The notes beneath the pieces were generated by a model. It did no database searches and was not told the origin of the DNA. It saw only the letters and a list, made by a program, of their open reading frames with translations. A stretch of 64,000 nt of DNA from a virus (taxonomy: Duplodnaviria; Heunggongvirae; Uroviricota; Caudoviricetes). Shown here in pieces: positions 28,634-37,429 of the stretch. The position numbers and the translations under genes are program-made. The DNA lies in the IMG/VR virus record IMGVR_UViG_3300026521_000088, positions 32,551-96,550 of that record; one strand, 5' to 3'. The number at the start of each line of letters is the position of its first letter. Position 1 is the stretch's first letter.

Positions 28634-29222
28634 AGAATTAGTAGTATATAAAGATATTACTAAATTCTTTAAAAAAACTAGAGAGATTAGAATAAATTAC
28701 ATAACTGCTATATGTGATAATATAGCAGTACCTATTTATTACTATTCAGAGGAACAATGGGGTTCTAGAGCTTATATTGATTATACTATGAAACTGGATA
28801 CAATTAGAGATTTAGATAAATCTATTATAGATTGTAAAATAAAAGAGTTGCAAGAGTTAGGGTTAAATATAACAAGTATTTCATTAACAGATAATCTACA
28901 CACTCATCCAGTAGGTTGTACTAGTTTTTCACCTACAGATTATAATGGTTGTTTAAAACCTGACTATACAGAGAATAGCTTAGGTACTAATATGTTATTT
29001 TCATTTACTGGAGAGCTTTATAAAACTATTGTGAGAGAACAAATAAATGGTGAGTATAAGTATTATAAAGTTAAACAAATAGAAGTAGATGACTTTATAC
29101 CACATATAGATATTAAAGAGGAGCATTTTAAAACTAAAGCATTAACATACCTTACTGTAAATTTAATGAAACAAAAGATAAAGAAAAAACTACATAAATC
29201 AAAAATTAAGCATAAAAGATAA
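28599..29222 (+). CDS. JAB/JAMM (MPN+) metalloprotease-fold protein
   Basis: Exact JAMM motif H-x-H-x(7)-S-x(2)-D: HTHPVGCTSFSPTD, with an upstream Glu (SEEQW); overlaps the E1-like gene by 35 nt. Confidence 0.7.
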   Translation: MNLLEDFHPIIKELVVYKDITKFFKKTREIRINYITAICDNIAVPIYYYSEEQWGSRAYIDYTMKLDTIRDLDKSIIDCKIKELQELGLNITSISLTDNLHTHPVGCTSFSPTDYNGCLKPDYTENSLGTNMLFSFTGELYKTIVREQINGEYKYYKVKQIEVDDFIPHIDIKEEHFKTKALTYLTVNLMKQKIKKKLHKSKIKHKR

Positions 29223-29302
29223 GTGCTTCAAGCTACTATTATTTAGTAGTTTTGAGCAACTATTTTAGTTAGCAAAAAAAAAAAATACTATAAGGAAATA
29301 CA

Positions 29303-29851
29303 ATGGCAACATTAAGAGAGAGAGCAGAAGCAAAACTAAGAGAGCAAAACAAAATGGATACAACTACAACAGAAGAGGTAACAAAATTGTTTGAACAAGC
29401 TCAAGAGAGCGTTGTAAGTACTGCACAGGAAGTAAAAAAATCAGATAGTGGAGCAGATATGTCTATAGCCCAAAATGAAGTAGAGGCTATTTATGATGGT
29501 AAAGATACAGTTGAATACCCTAAAGGTATTACAGATGTGCTAAATGATGAAGATGTTAAACCAACTATAGCTATAAAAGCTATCAAAGCTTATGTAAAAG
29601 CTACTAGAAAAGCTTATAGTAAGGATAAAGTACAAGTAAAAGGTTTTAGTTTTAAAACTAGTGCATCTGAGAAGATTATGGCTATTGCTGATGAGGTAGA
29701 TAGAATCAATGAAAAACTAGAAGATTTTGACCAAAGCAATAGAGAAGTAGGTTCAAAAATCTATAACTTAGAAAAAGAAGCAGAAAGACTTGTAGCTACA
29801 AGTGCAGTATTACTTGGTCTATTGGTAAAATCTAGTAATAAATTAATCTAG
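29303..29851 (+). CDS. hypothetical coiled-coil protein with hydrophobic C-terminus
   Basis: 182 aa, no Cys; A12 tract immediately upstream (29274-29285). Confidence 0.5.
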   Translation: MATLRERAEAKLREQNKMDTTTTEEVTKLFEQAQESVVSTAQEVKKSDSGADMSIAQNEVEAIYDGKDTVEYPKGITDVLNDEDVKPTIAIKAIKAYVKATRKAYSKDKVQVKGFSFKTSASEKIMAIADEVDRINEKLEDFDQSNREVGSKIYNLEKEAERLVATSAVLLGLLVKSSNKLI

Positions 29852-29884
29852 TTACTAGCTAGTGCCTATATTTATATAGGTACT

Positions 29885-31003
29885 ATGGTATTAACAATTA
29901 AAATAAAGGGGTTAAAAATGACAAGAAATAAACAGAACGAAGCATTTATTAGAAAAGTGTTACTAGCTAAAGCTATTGAAAAAGTTGTAAAACAAGTTGA
30001 TTTTGATACAGATGTTAATGTAGAGCATTTCTCTGAAACCTACGGTATTTATGTATCTAAATTTGATAGAGATTATGTAAAATCTTTAATTGATAAAAAA
30101 GAAAATTTATCTCAAATTAAAGATATGAAAGTTACAGGTTACGATGTACAAGGATTGATTGGTCTAGCTAATTTATTAGATACTATGTCAGATAATCCTG
30201 ATTTTTATGGTTGTATTGTTCTTATTGAAAAAGCTAATCAAAAAATTCCATATAACCCATTGTCTGAGTCTTTTATGAAAAAACTAACATCTGGTGTTAT
30301 TAAAATCAATGATGATACAAAACTAAAAGTTTTTATTTATTCTATCAACGGTGAAGTAGATAACGATGTAGCTTTACAAACTGTAGATATGTTATCTAAA
30401 ATTTCTGTAATTAATGCAGAGACTGTTCAAATTGAAAAACCAGATGATGAAGAAGAGGTTAAAACTTTATGGTTAAAAGCACCTGTAGCTTGGGATACTA
30501 ACAACAGCCAGAACTCGGTTGTTAATAATGGTACATTAGAAGACATTCACTTAGATCAATTACATAAATCTATTACATTTACTGCTTCAAATAGAATTGA
30601 TTATAAAGATTTGTTAGCTTATGATATTGATATGCTATTAAACAGTGAAATTGAAGACAATTCTAATTCCATTATTAAGAGAATGTTAGATAACAATTGG
30701 ATGATTGAATTATCTGTTATTGATATTGGTGGTATGATTGTACCAGCATATGGTTTTTTTGAACATAAAGATAATGCTATGTATGATATTTTATGTGCTA
30801 CAAGACACCCAAATATTTCAAATGACGGGTCTAACTACTGTACTGGTGCTAACGGAAGAACTACCCTGAAGGGTATTTCAGAATTAAGTTATGGTAACCT
30901 AACATCACCACTCAATAGTAACATTTGGTCAAAAAATAGCTTATCTATAGCTAAAGGGTTTGTAGCTTATTATACTGAGAAATTTTTAAATCTAGAAGTA
31001 TAA
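29885..31003 (+). CDS. hypothetical protein
   Basis: 372-aa ORF, no recognisable motif. Confidence 0.5.
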   Translation: MVLTIKIKGLKMTRNKQNEAFIRKVLLAKAIEKVVKQVDFDTDVNVEHFSETYGIYVSKFDRDYVKSLIDKKENLSQIKDMKVTGYDVQGLIGLANLLDTMSDNPDFYGCIVLIEKANQKIPYNPLSESFMKKLTSGVIKINDDTKLKVFIYSINGEVDNDVALQTVDMLSKISVINAETVQIEKPDDEEEVKTLWLKAPVAWDTNNSQNSVVNNGTLEDIHLDQLHKSITFTASNRIDYKDLLAYDIDMLLNSEIEDNSNSIIKRMLDNNWMIELSVIDIGGMIVPAYGFFEHKDNAMYDILCATRHPNISNDGSNYCTGANGRTTLKGISELSYGNLTSPLNSNIWSKNSLSIAKGFVAYYTEKFLNLEV

Positions 31004-31012
31004 AGGTAACTT

Positions 31013-31258
31013 ATGATAACAACACAATATTTGTATGATTGTAACCCAGAGGATTTTAAAGATTTACCTTATAAGGATGCTATAAAATATAAGTATAACC
31101 AAGCTAAGATGCTTGGTTATAGACTATACAAAGAGTTGATACTTAAAAATGATAACACTAAAGAGAGTTATTTAAATAATACTGAACTAAGAAAAAGATT
31201 GTATATGGTAAATAAAGCTGAAAAACATAATAGAATCCTACTGGATGAATTAAATTAA
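31013..31258 (+). CDS. hypothetical small protein
   Basis: 81-aa ORF. Confidence 0.45.
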   Translation: MITTQYLYDCNPEDFKDLPYKDAIKYKYNQAKMLGYRLYKELILKNDNTKESYLNNTELRKRLYMVNKAEKHNRILLDELN

Positions 31259-31267
31259 AGAATTAGA

Positions 31268-31477
31268 ATGAAATATAATAAAGTAAGTATTATAACCGAG
31301 ATAGCAGTAGTATGTATGTACCTTGTGATAATAATTGGTATAGGTTATGGGTATATTAATAATATTATCCAAAAAGTACATTCAGAACTTGAGCCATTAA
31401 CGACTCAAGTTGTTATAGGTATAGGTGGAATATTTGTACCACCTATTGGTGTTCTTATGGGGCTTTTTGTCTGGTAA
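31268..31477 (+). CDS. small 2-TM membrane protein (possible partner of the SPFH protein)
   Basis: 69 aa, two hydrophobic helices. Confidence 0.45.
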   Translation: MKYNKVSIITEIAVVCMYLVIIIGIGYGYINNIIQKVHSELEPLTTQVVIGIGGIFVPPIGVLMGLFVW

Positions 31478-31519
31478 TAGCTAAATAAATTCAAAAAAAA
31501 AAAAAATAAAAGATAAACA

Positions 31520-32488
31520 ATGGAAATTTTTAAGAAAAATGAATATGAGCAAGTTATAGGTGTAAATACAAAATTCATTATTGGTAGTATAGTAAGTATT
31601 ATTGTAATTGTTGCAGCACTATTAAGTTTTTATACTATAAATAGTGGGTATGTAGGTGTACTATCTACAATGGGTAAATACCATAAAAATGAAATAAACC
31701 CTGGACTTAACTTTAAGATACCTTATATGCAAAGTGTAACAGTGTTTAATACTAAAGCGCATGTGGTGAATTATAAAGGTTCAAAAGATCTACCTGATAC
31801 TGAAGACATTATCAATAAACCTTATATTGTGGTTCTTGATAAGAACAATCAAAATATTGTGATTGAGTTATCAGTACAGTATCAACCAGTTGCATCTGAA
31901 GCATCTGAGATTCTTACACAATATGGTAAAACATACTTTTATAAAGCTATTAACCCTATCGTAAGAGAGGTTGTAAGAGATGTAATTGGAAAATATGAAG
32001 CAGAAACTATTGCTTTAAATAGAACAGCTATAGCTACAAAACTTAAAGATACACTTATCAATAGATATAAAAATAATCATCAATTCTCTATCTTAGAAGT
32101 ATCTCTAAGAAACATTAGATTACCTAAACTTATTAAAGATAAGATTAATCAAGTACAAGTAGCTGCACAAGAAGAGCAAAGGTTAGCTAGAGTTGCTAAA
32201 CAAGCTCAAAGACATCAAGAGATTAAGACTATTGAAGCTAATACAAGAATGATTGAAATTACTACTAAAGCTAAAGCTCAAGCAGAAAAGAAAAAGATTG
32301 AAGCAGATGCTAAAGCTTATCAAATTCTAACAGAAGCTAATGCTAAATCAAAAGCTAACGAAGAGATTGCTAAATCTATAACACCAACATTGATTCAATA
32401 TAATCAAATTAACAAATGGTCTGGTATATATCCATCTACATATATGGGTAGTGGTATGAATAATGATGTAATTTTAAATATGAAATAA
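31520..32488 (+). CDS. SPFH/band-7 (stomatin/prohibitin/HflKC-like) membrane protein
   Basis: N-terminal TM, then SGYVGVLSTMGKY...PGLNFKIPYMQSVTVFNTKAH (canonical SPFH start) and a long coiled-coil QEEQRLARVAKQAQRHQEIKTIEA... tail. Confidence 0.75.
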   Translation: MEIFKKNEYEQVIGVNTKFIIGSIVSIIVIVAALLSFYTINSGYVGVLSTMGKYHKNEINPGLNFKIPYMQSVTVFNTKAHVVNYKGSKDLPDTEDIINKPYIVVLDKNNQNIVIELSVQYQPVASEASEILTQYGKTYFYKAINPIVREVVRDVIGKYEAETIALNRTAIATKLKDTLINRYKNNHQFSILEVSLRNIRLPKLIKDKINQVQVAAQEEQRLARVAKQAQRHQEIKTIEANTRMIEITTKAKAQAEKKKIEADAKAYQILTEANAKSKANEEIAKSITPTLIQYNQINKWSGIYPSTYMGSGMNNDVILNMK

Positions 32489-32948
32489 ATAGGACTTCAG
32501 TCCTATATATTTTTTAAAGTATTATATATAAATATTTTTAAAAATATACAGGAGTTAGGTAATGGTGCAGGTAGTAAAGAAATATAAGAAAGATTGTTAT
32601 ATTTTGGATTATTCAAATTTATGTATGTCTACAGATAGTTTAGATGTAAACCTATGTTTACTGTATGAGATAGATGAGTTAACATATATACCATAATATA
32701 ATATAAGTTATAAATATTTTATACTAATGTAATGACTTATTATTAAAAACAATATAAATCTAGATAAGAGGGGTATAAATGATACAATTAGTTAATATGT
32801 ATTATACAGAAATAGAAGGTAGTCCTAAAATAAAAGTACATAAATGGAATTACTTATATGCTGGTTCATCATCATTAAATAACAGTATTAATACAGAGTT
32901 GTTATATAGGATAAATTACTTAAAACTACATACATAAAGGTAAGCATT

Positions 32949-33161
32949 ATGATTCAACTAATAAATTTAACAACAGAAGATTTAACTTGTGATGATTTTA
33001 CATATAAAGCTTATATAGATAAACTACATAGGTCTTTAATACATACAAAGTATAAAGATTTTTATACTAATGCTCCATTACTAACACTAAACAATAATAT
33101 ACATTATGAAATTTTATATTTATTTTGTGCTAAATTAACAAATTCTATAGAAAAGTATTAA
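32949..33161 (+). CDS. small protein, MIQ paralog family
   Basis: MIQLINL...KDFYTNAPLL; a further unlisted member (MIQLVNMYY..., ~52 aa) starts at 32779. Confidence 0.45.
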   Translation: MIQLINLTTEDLTCDDFTYKAYIDKLHRSLIHTKYKDFYTNAPLLTLNNNIHYEILYLFCAKLTNSIEKY

Positions 33162-33257
33162 AAATGGTAACATTTATAGCTAATGTAAATAAATTAGGTA
33201 TATAAATACTAATGCATATATACTATATAGTATGTTTTTTAAATACAAAGGAAAATT

Positions 33258-33443
33258 ATGGTAAATAATATAAAACTAAGTACTAATAAATCATATGTAC
33301 ATTTATATTCGGTTAAAAAAAGACTAATAATATATTTACCAAAATTTACCTTATCTGGTATAAATAGGGTAATTTTATTAGAGATAGGTGTATTATTTAA
33401 TAACTTAGAGGGTACAAATGATACAAGTAATAAAATTATATAG
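33258..33443 (+). CDS. small hypothetical protein
   Basis: 61-aa ORF with AAAGGAAAAT SD. Confidence 0.35.
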   Translation: MVNNIKLSTNKSYVHLYSVKKRLIIYLPKFTLSGINRVILLEIGVLFNNLEGTNDTSNKII

Positions 33444-33593
33444 AAATATTGATAAAAAAGAAATAGATATAGGCTTTAATACTTATATTGGTATACTATC
33501 TTATGTTATATTCCCTATATCAACAAATACAAATATAATAAATTATAACTTATTAACAGATAAGTTTATTTATTATACTTATAAAGGTAATTT

Positions 33594-33785
33594 ATGATTC
33601 AACAAACATATCATATTAATAAGTCATATTCATCAAAACTTGTTAAATATAGTTATTATAGTTATTATAATAATAATATAAACATATCTTATTATATTTA
33701 TAAAGAAGTAATTAAAACAGAGTGTAATATAAATGATAATATCCTATTTTTTATAGGTATGTTACTTCGTAAAGTTACACATTAA
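33594..33785 (+). CDS. small protein, MIQ-start, Tyr/Asn-rich
   Basis: MIQQTY...; low complexity, so uncertain. Confidence 0.3.
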   Translation: MIQQTYHINKSYSSKLVKYSYYSYYNNNINISYYIYKEVIKTECNINDNILFFIGMLLRKVTH

Positions 33786-34242
33786 ATTAAAGTATATATA
33801 ACTTTAATCAATTATAAGGAGGTTAGTATGAAACTGATGACATAAACATACATATATATCTATATATATAAGGTAGATTACACACTTTATACATTACATT
33901 TGGTAGACTTTTATGTCTACCGAAAATATATAATAAAGCTTACAAAGGTAGGTTTTTAATATATTTTAAAGAATTAAGATGAATTACATTTTTAGTTATA
34001 TACTAATAACTTTGTTTATAGTCTTAGTATATATGTACAATAATCATATAAATACTATTAGTATGTATAGATATGAAGTTGTATATGATATTAATGAAGT
34101 AGCATATACTAATAATTCTGTAGATGTACATAATTGTATATGTACTACTGAAGGAAATATTTGTGGTAATTTTAGGGTATATCATAACCCATTTTTCAAG
34201 TAAAACATACAACTAATTAAAGTCTGAAATAAAGGATAAATA

Positions 34243-34482
34243 ATGATACTTATAGACAGAATATATATAGAAGATCGATTTATAGAACAGGAATTTAATG
34301 TGATAACTAATTGGAAATTTATGAGGTATAAATCATTAAGTTATATGTATATTAAATATAAACGATTACTGTATATGTACTATAAATATAATAAAAATTA
34401 TAATATAGATTTCGATAGACTTATACAAGTTAATGGCGTAAGTTTTTATAATGTATATAGGGTAACAAATGAAAATAGGTAA
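34243..34482 (+). CDS. small hypothetical protein
   Basis: AAATAAAGGATAAATA-ATGATAC start motif. Confidence 0.35.
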   Translation: MILIDRIYIEDRFIEQEFNVITNWKFMRYKSLSYMYIKYKRLLYMYYKYNKNYNIDFDRLIQVNGVSFYNVYRVTNENR

Positions 34483-34819
34483 TATTGTAGGAGTAATGGA
34501 AATAGGGAATGGTTTTACCACTGAGTGTATAAAAGGTATAGATGGTGCGTACCATTTTACAACATCTCGAGATGGTGTTTTTGTACACCATTTTTATAAC
34601 TATATGACATTAGATAATGCTGTAAGTTACCTGGAAAAACGCTTGTTCTTAAAAGATATTGTAATTTTACAATTTAATGATGGTAGTTATACTACTACTA
34701 AATTAAAAAATAAAATGATTTTCCCAGAAAGGTTTATGAGAAGTAAACCTATAAGGTATTGGGTATTTGATGATATTACTAAAGAAAATATGGAAAATAT
34801 TAGAGTTATATTAAACTAA
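34469..34819 (+). CDS. hypothetical protein
   Basis: 116-aa ORF. Confidence 0.45.
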   Translation: MKIGNIVGVMEIGNGFTTECIKGIDGAYHFTTSRDGVFVHHFYNYMTLDNAVSYLEKRLFLKDIVILQFNDGSYTTTKLKNKMIFPERFMRSKPIRYWVFDDITKENMENIRVILN

Positions 34820-34830
34820 AAGTAGATAAG

Positions 34831-35322
34831 ATAATTTACTTCACAAGTGACTTACATATACATCATAAAAATATATGTAAATATAGAACAAAATTTAAAA
34901 CAACAGAAGAACACGACAACTATTGGATAGATAAAATACTTAGTTTAGGTAAAATAGATATTTTATATATATTAGGGGATTTTATATTTGATACAAATGA
35001 GGAAACATTTAATAAAACAATAAATAAATTAAAGAATATCAAATGTAGAATTAAGTTGATAATGGGTAATCATGACTCCTTAAAGTTATATAAAATAAAT
35101 AATCCTAAAATAGAGATGCAATTACCACTATTTACATATAAAGATTTTTGGTTATCTCATTGTCCTATACACCCACAAAAGATGAGAACCAGATAGGGTA
35201 ACATTCATGGACATTTACATGATGTTATTTTAGATGATAAATTATATTTTGATGTATCCCCAGAAAAGCATAACTATAAATTTGTGTCATTGAATGATAT
35301 AAAGGAATATTATAATAAATAG
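34831..35322 (+). pseudogene. calcineurin-like metallophosphoesterase lacking a canonical start codon and carrying one in-frame TAG (35194-35196)
   Basis: Frame reads KIIYFTSDLHIHH (motif I D-x-H) ... ILGDFIFD (GD-x-x-D) ... LIMGNHD (GNH[DE]) ... TAG ... GNIHGHLHD (GH-x-H); no ATG/GTG/TTG at the domain start; frame is -1 relative to the upstream 34469..34819 ORF. Confidence 0.5.
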
Positions 35323-35355
35323 ATCAAAATATATTAAAATAAAAAAGGAAGTAAA

Positions 35356-35973
35356 ATGACAAGAGAACAGTATTTAAAACATAAAGAAGTAATGGATCAA
35401 TTCTACCATCAACCTGAATGTACTGCTATATGGTGTAAAAACTGTAGTGGGTGGGTAAAAACAACACGCCCTAGCTGGTTTTTAGAAAGTACTTATGTTA
35501 TCAATGATAAATACATAGACTTAAGAAAAGCTGTAGTTGATGGAGAAACTATTCAATGGGAACAAACTGAAAATAATTGGATAGATTTACCAAAAAATTA
35601 TGATTTTATAAAAGCAGAAGAGAATGGTGCAACAATAGAAGAGTATAGAATCAAACCAGAAGAACCTAAATTTAAAACAGGTGACTGGGTAAGAGTTAAA
35701 GAAGCACCTGCTGATATTTACAAGATAGCAGATATTGATAGTAATGAAATATATGGAACAAATTGTATAGGGTATAACACATCAGAGCAAATTGAATTGT
35801 GGGAACCTAAAAAAGGTGAATGGTGTTGGATAGGCAAAGCGTTTGCTAAGTTTATTGAAAAAGATACAGATAGTAATTATGTTGGAATTTGTTATCAATA
35901 TAGTGATAAAGTATATGATAAACACATTGAACCGTTTATAGGTGAATTGCCTACCAAATATAAAAACAGATAA
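35356..35973 (+). CDS. hypothetical protein with Cys-rich N-terminus
   Basis: HQPECTAIWCKNCSGW; 205 aa. Confidence 0.5.
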   Translation: MTREQYLKHKEVMDQFYHQPECTAIWCKNCSGWVKTTRPSWFLESTYVINDKYIDLRKAVVDGETIQWEQTENNWIDLPKNYDFIKAEENGATIEEYRIKPEEPKFKTGDWVRVKEAPADIYKIADIDSNEIYGTNCIGYNTSEQIELWEPKKGEWCWIGKAFAKFIEKDTDSNYVGICYQYSDKVYDKHIEPFIGELPTKYKNR

Positions 35974-35990
35974 GATAATAGGAGAAAATT

Positions 35991-36623
35991 ATGGGGTTAG
36001 ATATGAATATCTTTAAGCTAACTAAAAAAGTAATTGAAATAGAAAAACAAAAAGAACAATTAAGTAGTCAATTTGATAGAGAACTTAATAAAGAAATAGA
36101 TAAAATAACATCTCAAATTAAAGATGATTGTATTAACCATCTCAATAAATTTAACATAGAGATAACAGAAGATAATGTTAAAGTAGTTATAAGCAACCTA
36201 GTAGAAAGTACTTGGGTTACAGATAAAGAATCAAGGTATAATATGTTATTTAGATATTTTCCTGTATATGATCTATTTATAGAAGAAAAGAAACAAAACA
36301 AAATATATGAAGATTTTCTAAAGTTACAAGAAAAGATAGAACCAAATAAAAACTTAATATCTTTACATAGTAGTTATCAAAAATTAGACGCATTAGATAT
36401 AAAAAGAGAAGAAGTAGCTTATTGGAGAAAATACCATGATTTAAATAGTTATATCTTGGAAACATATGGTGGAGGTAATTGTGAAGATACTACACTGTCC
36501 TTAGAAGATTTAAAAGATATTAAAAAGTTTATAAAAAACGATAACAAAGATACCACACAAATAGATAAAATTATAAGTAATTTTGATAATGAATGTACTT
36601 ATGTATATAATCCTTGGTGGTAG
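35991..36623 (+). CDS. hypothetical protein
   Basis: 210-aa ORF. Confidence 0.5.
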   Translation: MGLDMNIFKLTKKVIEIEKQKEQLSSQFDRELNKEIDKITSQIKDDCINHLNKFNIEITEDNVKVVISNLVESTWVTDKESRYNMLFRYFPVYDLFIEEKKQNKIYEDFLKLQEKIEPNKNLISLHSSYQKLDALDIKREEVAYWRKYHDLNSYILETYGGGNCEDTTLSLEDLKDIKKFIKNDNKDTTQIDKIISNFDNECTYVYNPWW

Positions 36624-36703
36624 TGTGGTAGGTAATATATATGAAATAGTATGTATTTTAGCGTGTTTATTAAATACTAGCAGATAAATATTAAGGAAAA
36701 GTA

Positions 36704-37009
36704 ATGTTAAATGAAGACAAGGTAGAGGAATTAGTAGAAGCAATAGAGAAAAGTTTTAACTGTGTTACTGGGGTTGATTTTTGGTCAGTTGTACAAAAAG
36801 AAAAAGGTAATAAAACTGAGGTGCAAATAGGTATAATTTATGTTGATGCTAACGAAGATGATGTCTATAAAATCGACAATAACTCACATATTTTAGATAC
36901 TATACTTAAGAATATCAATATAAATGTTGTAAGTAAACCAATATTTGATATAGGAGACACATACCCAGATGGTTCGTCTTATTATAGTCTTAGATTTCTT
37001 ATAGAATAA
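36704..37009 (+). CDS. hypothetical protein
   Basis: 101-aa ORF. Confidence 0.45.
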   Translation: MLNEDKVEELVEAIEKSFNCVTGVDFWSVVQKEKGNKTEVQIGIIYVDANEDDVYKIDNNSHILDTILKNININVVSKPIFDIGDTYPDGSSYYSLRFLIE

Positions 37010-37087
37010 AATTAAATATAAAACAAAAAACTATTAAAAAGATCTTAATGATAAATTAATCAATTTAAAAGATATTAAGGAGATATT

Positions 37088-37411
37088 ATGACACTACAAC
37101 CAATAGAGTTAAGTGATGAATTTGTAACACAAAATATAAAAAATTCAACCGTTAAATATAGTCTAGCACCAAAAGATTATTTTGAGTGTTTTCACAAGCA
37201 TATTTGCTCTAAACATAACCTATTTGGTACTTTACAGGTATATGACTTCGATATAAGTAAAGAAAAGCTATACAGAATGTATTTAAATGATACTAAAGTA
37301 GACTATATAACAGATACTAGAGCATTAAAAAGTCTCTTAGAAATAGGTACAGAGGTTATTATATTAGAAAAAATAGATAATGATGTAATACCCTATAAAT
37401 TAGTACAATAA
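37088..37411 (+). CDS. hypothetical protein
   Basis: 107-aa ORF with AAGGAG SD. Confidence 0.45.
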   Translation: MTLQPIELSDEFVTQNIKNSTVKYSLAPKDYFECFHKHICSKHNLFGTLQVYDFDISKEKLYRMYLNDTKVDYITDTRALKSLLEIGTEVIILEKIDNDVIPYKLVQ

Positions 37412-37429
37412 TAAACATAAGGAAAACAA

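Noticed and set aside
36113-36743. Three minus-strand ORFs (36113..36301, 36277..36465, 36510..36743)
   Set aside because: Leu/Phe/Ile-rich low-complexity translations antisense to well-formed plus-strand genes. They are AT-rich codon shadows. The same reasoning applies to 3830..4084, 4712..4900, 6420..6605, 7059..7310, 12384..12647, 18351..18611, 20203..20400, 24990..25214, 27493..27693, 27718..27990, 34024..34212, 38525..38725, 38817..39092, 40576..40833, 40975..41277, 44351..44608, 44921..45157, 49608..49829, 50447..50650, 50996..51193, 52367..52549, 52622..52813, 56167..56445 and 63058..63270.
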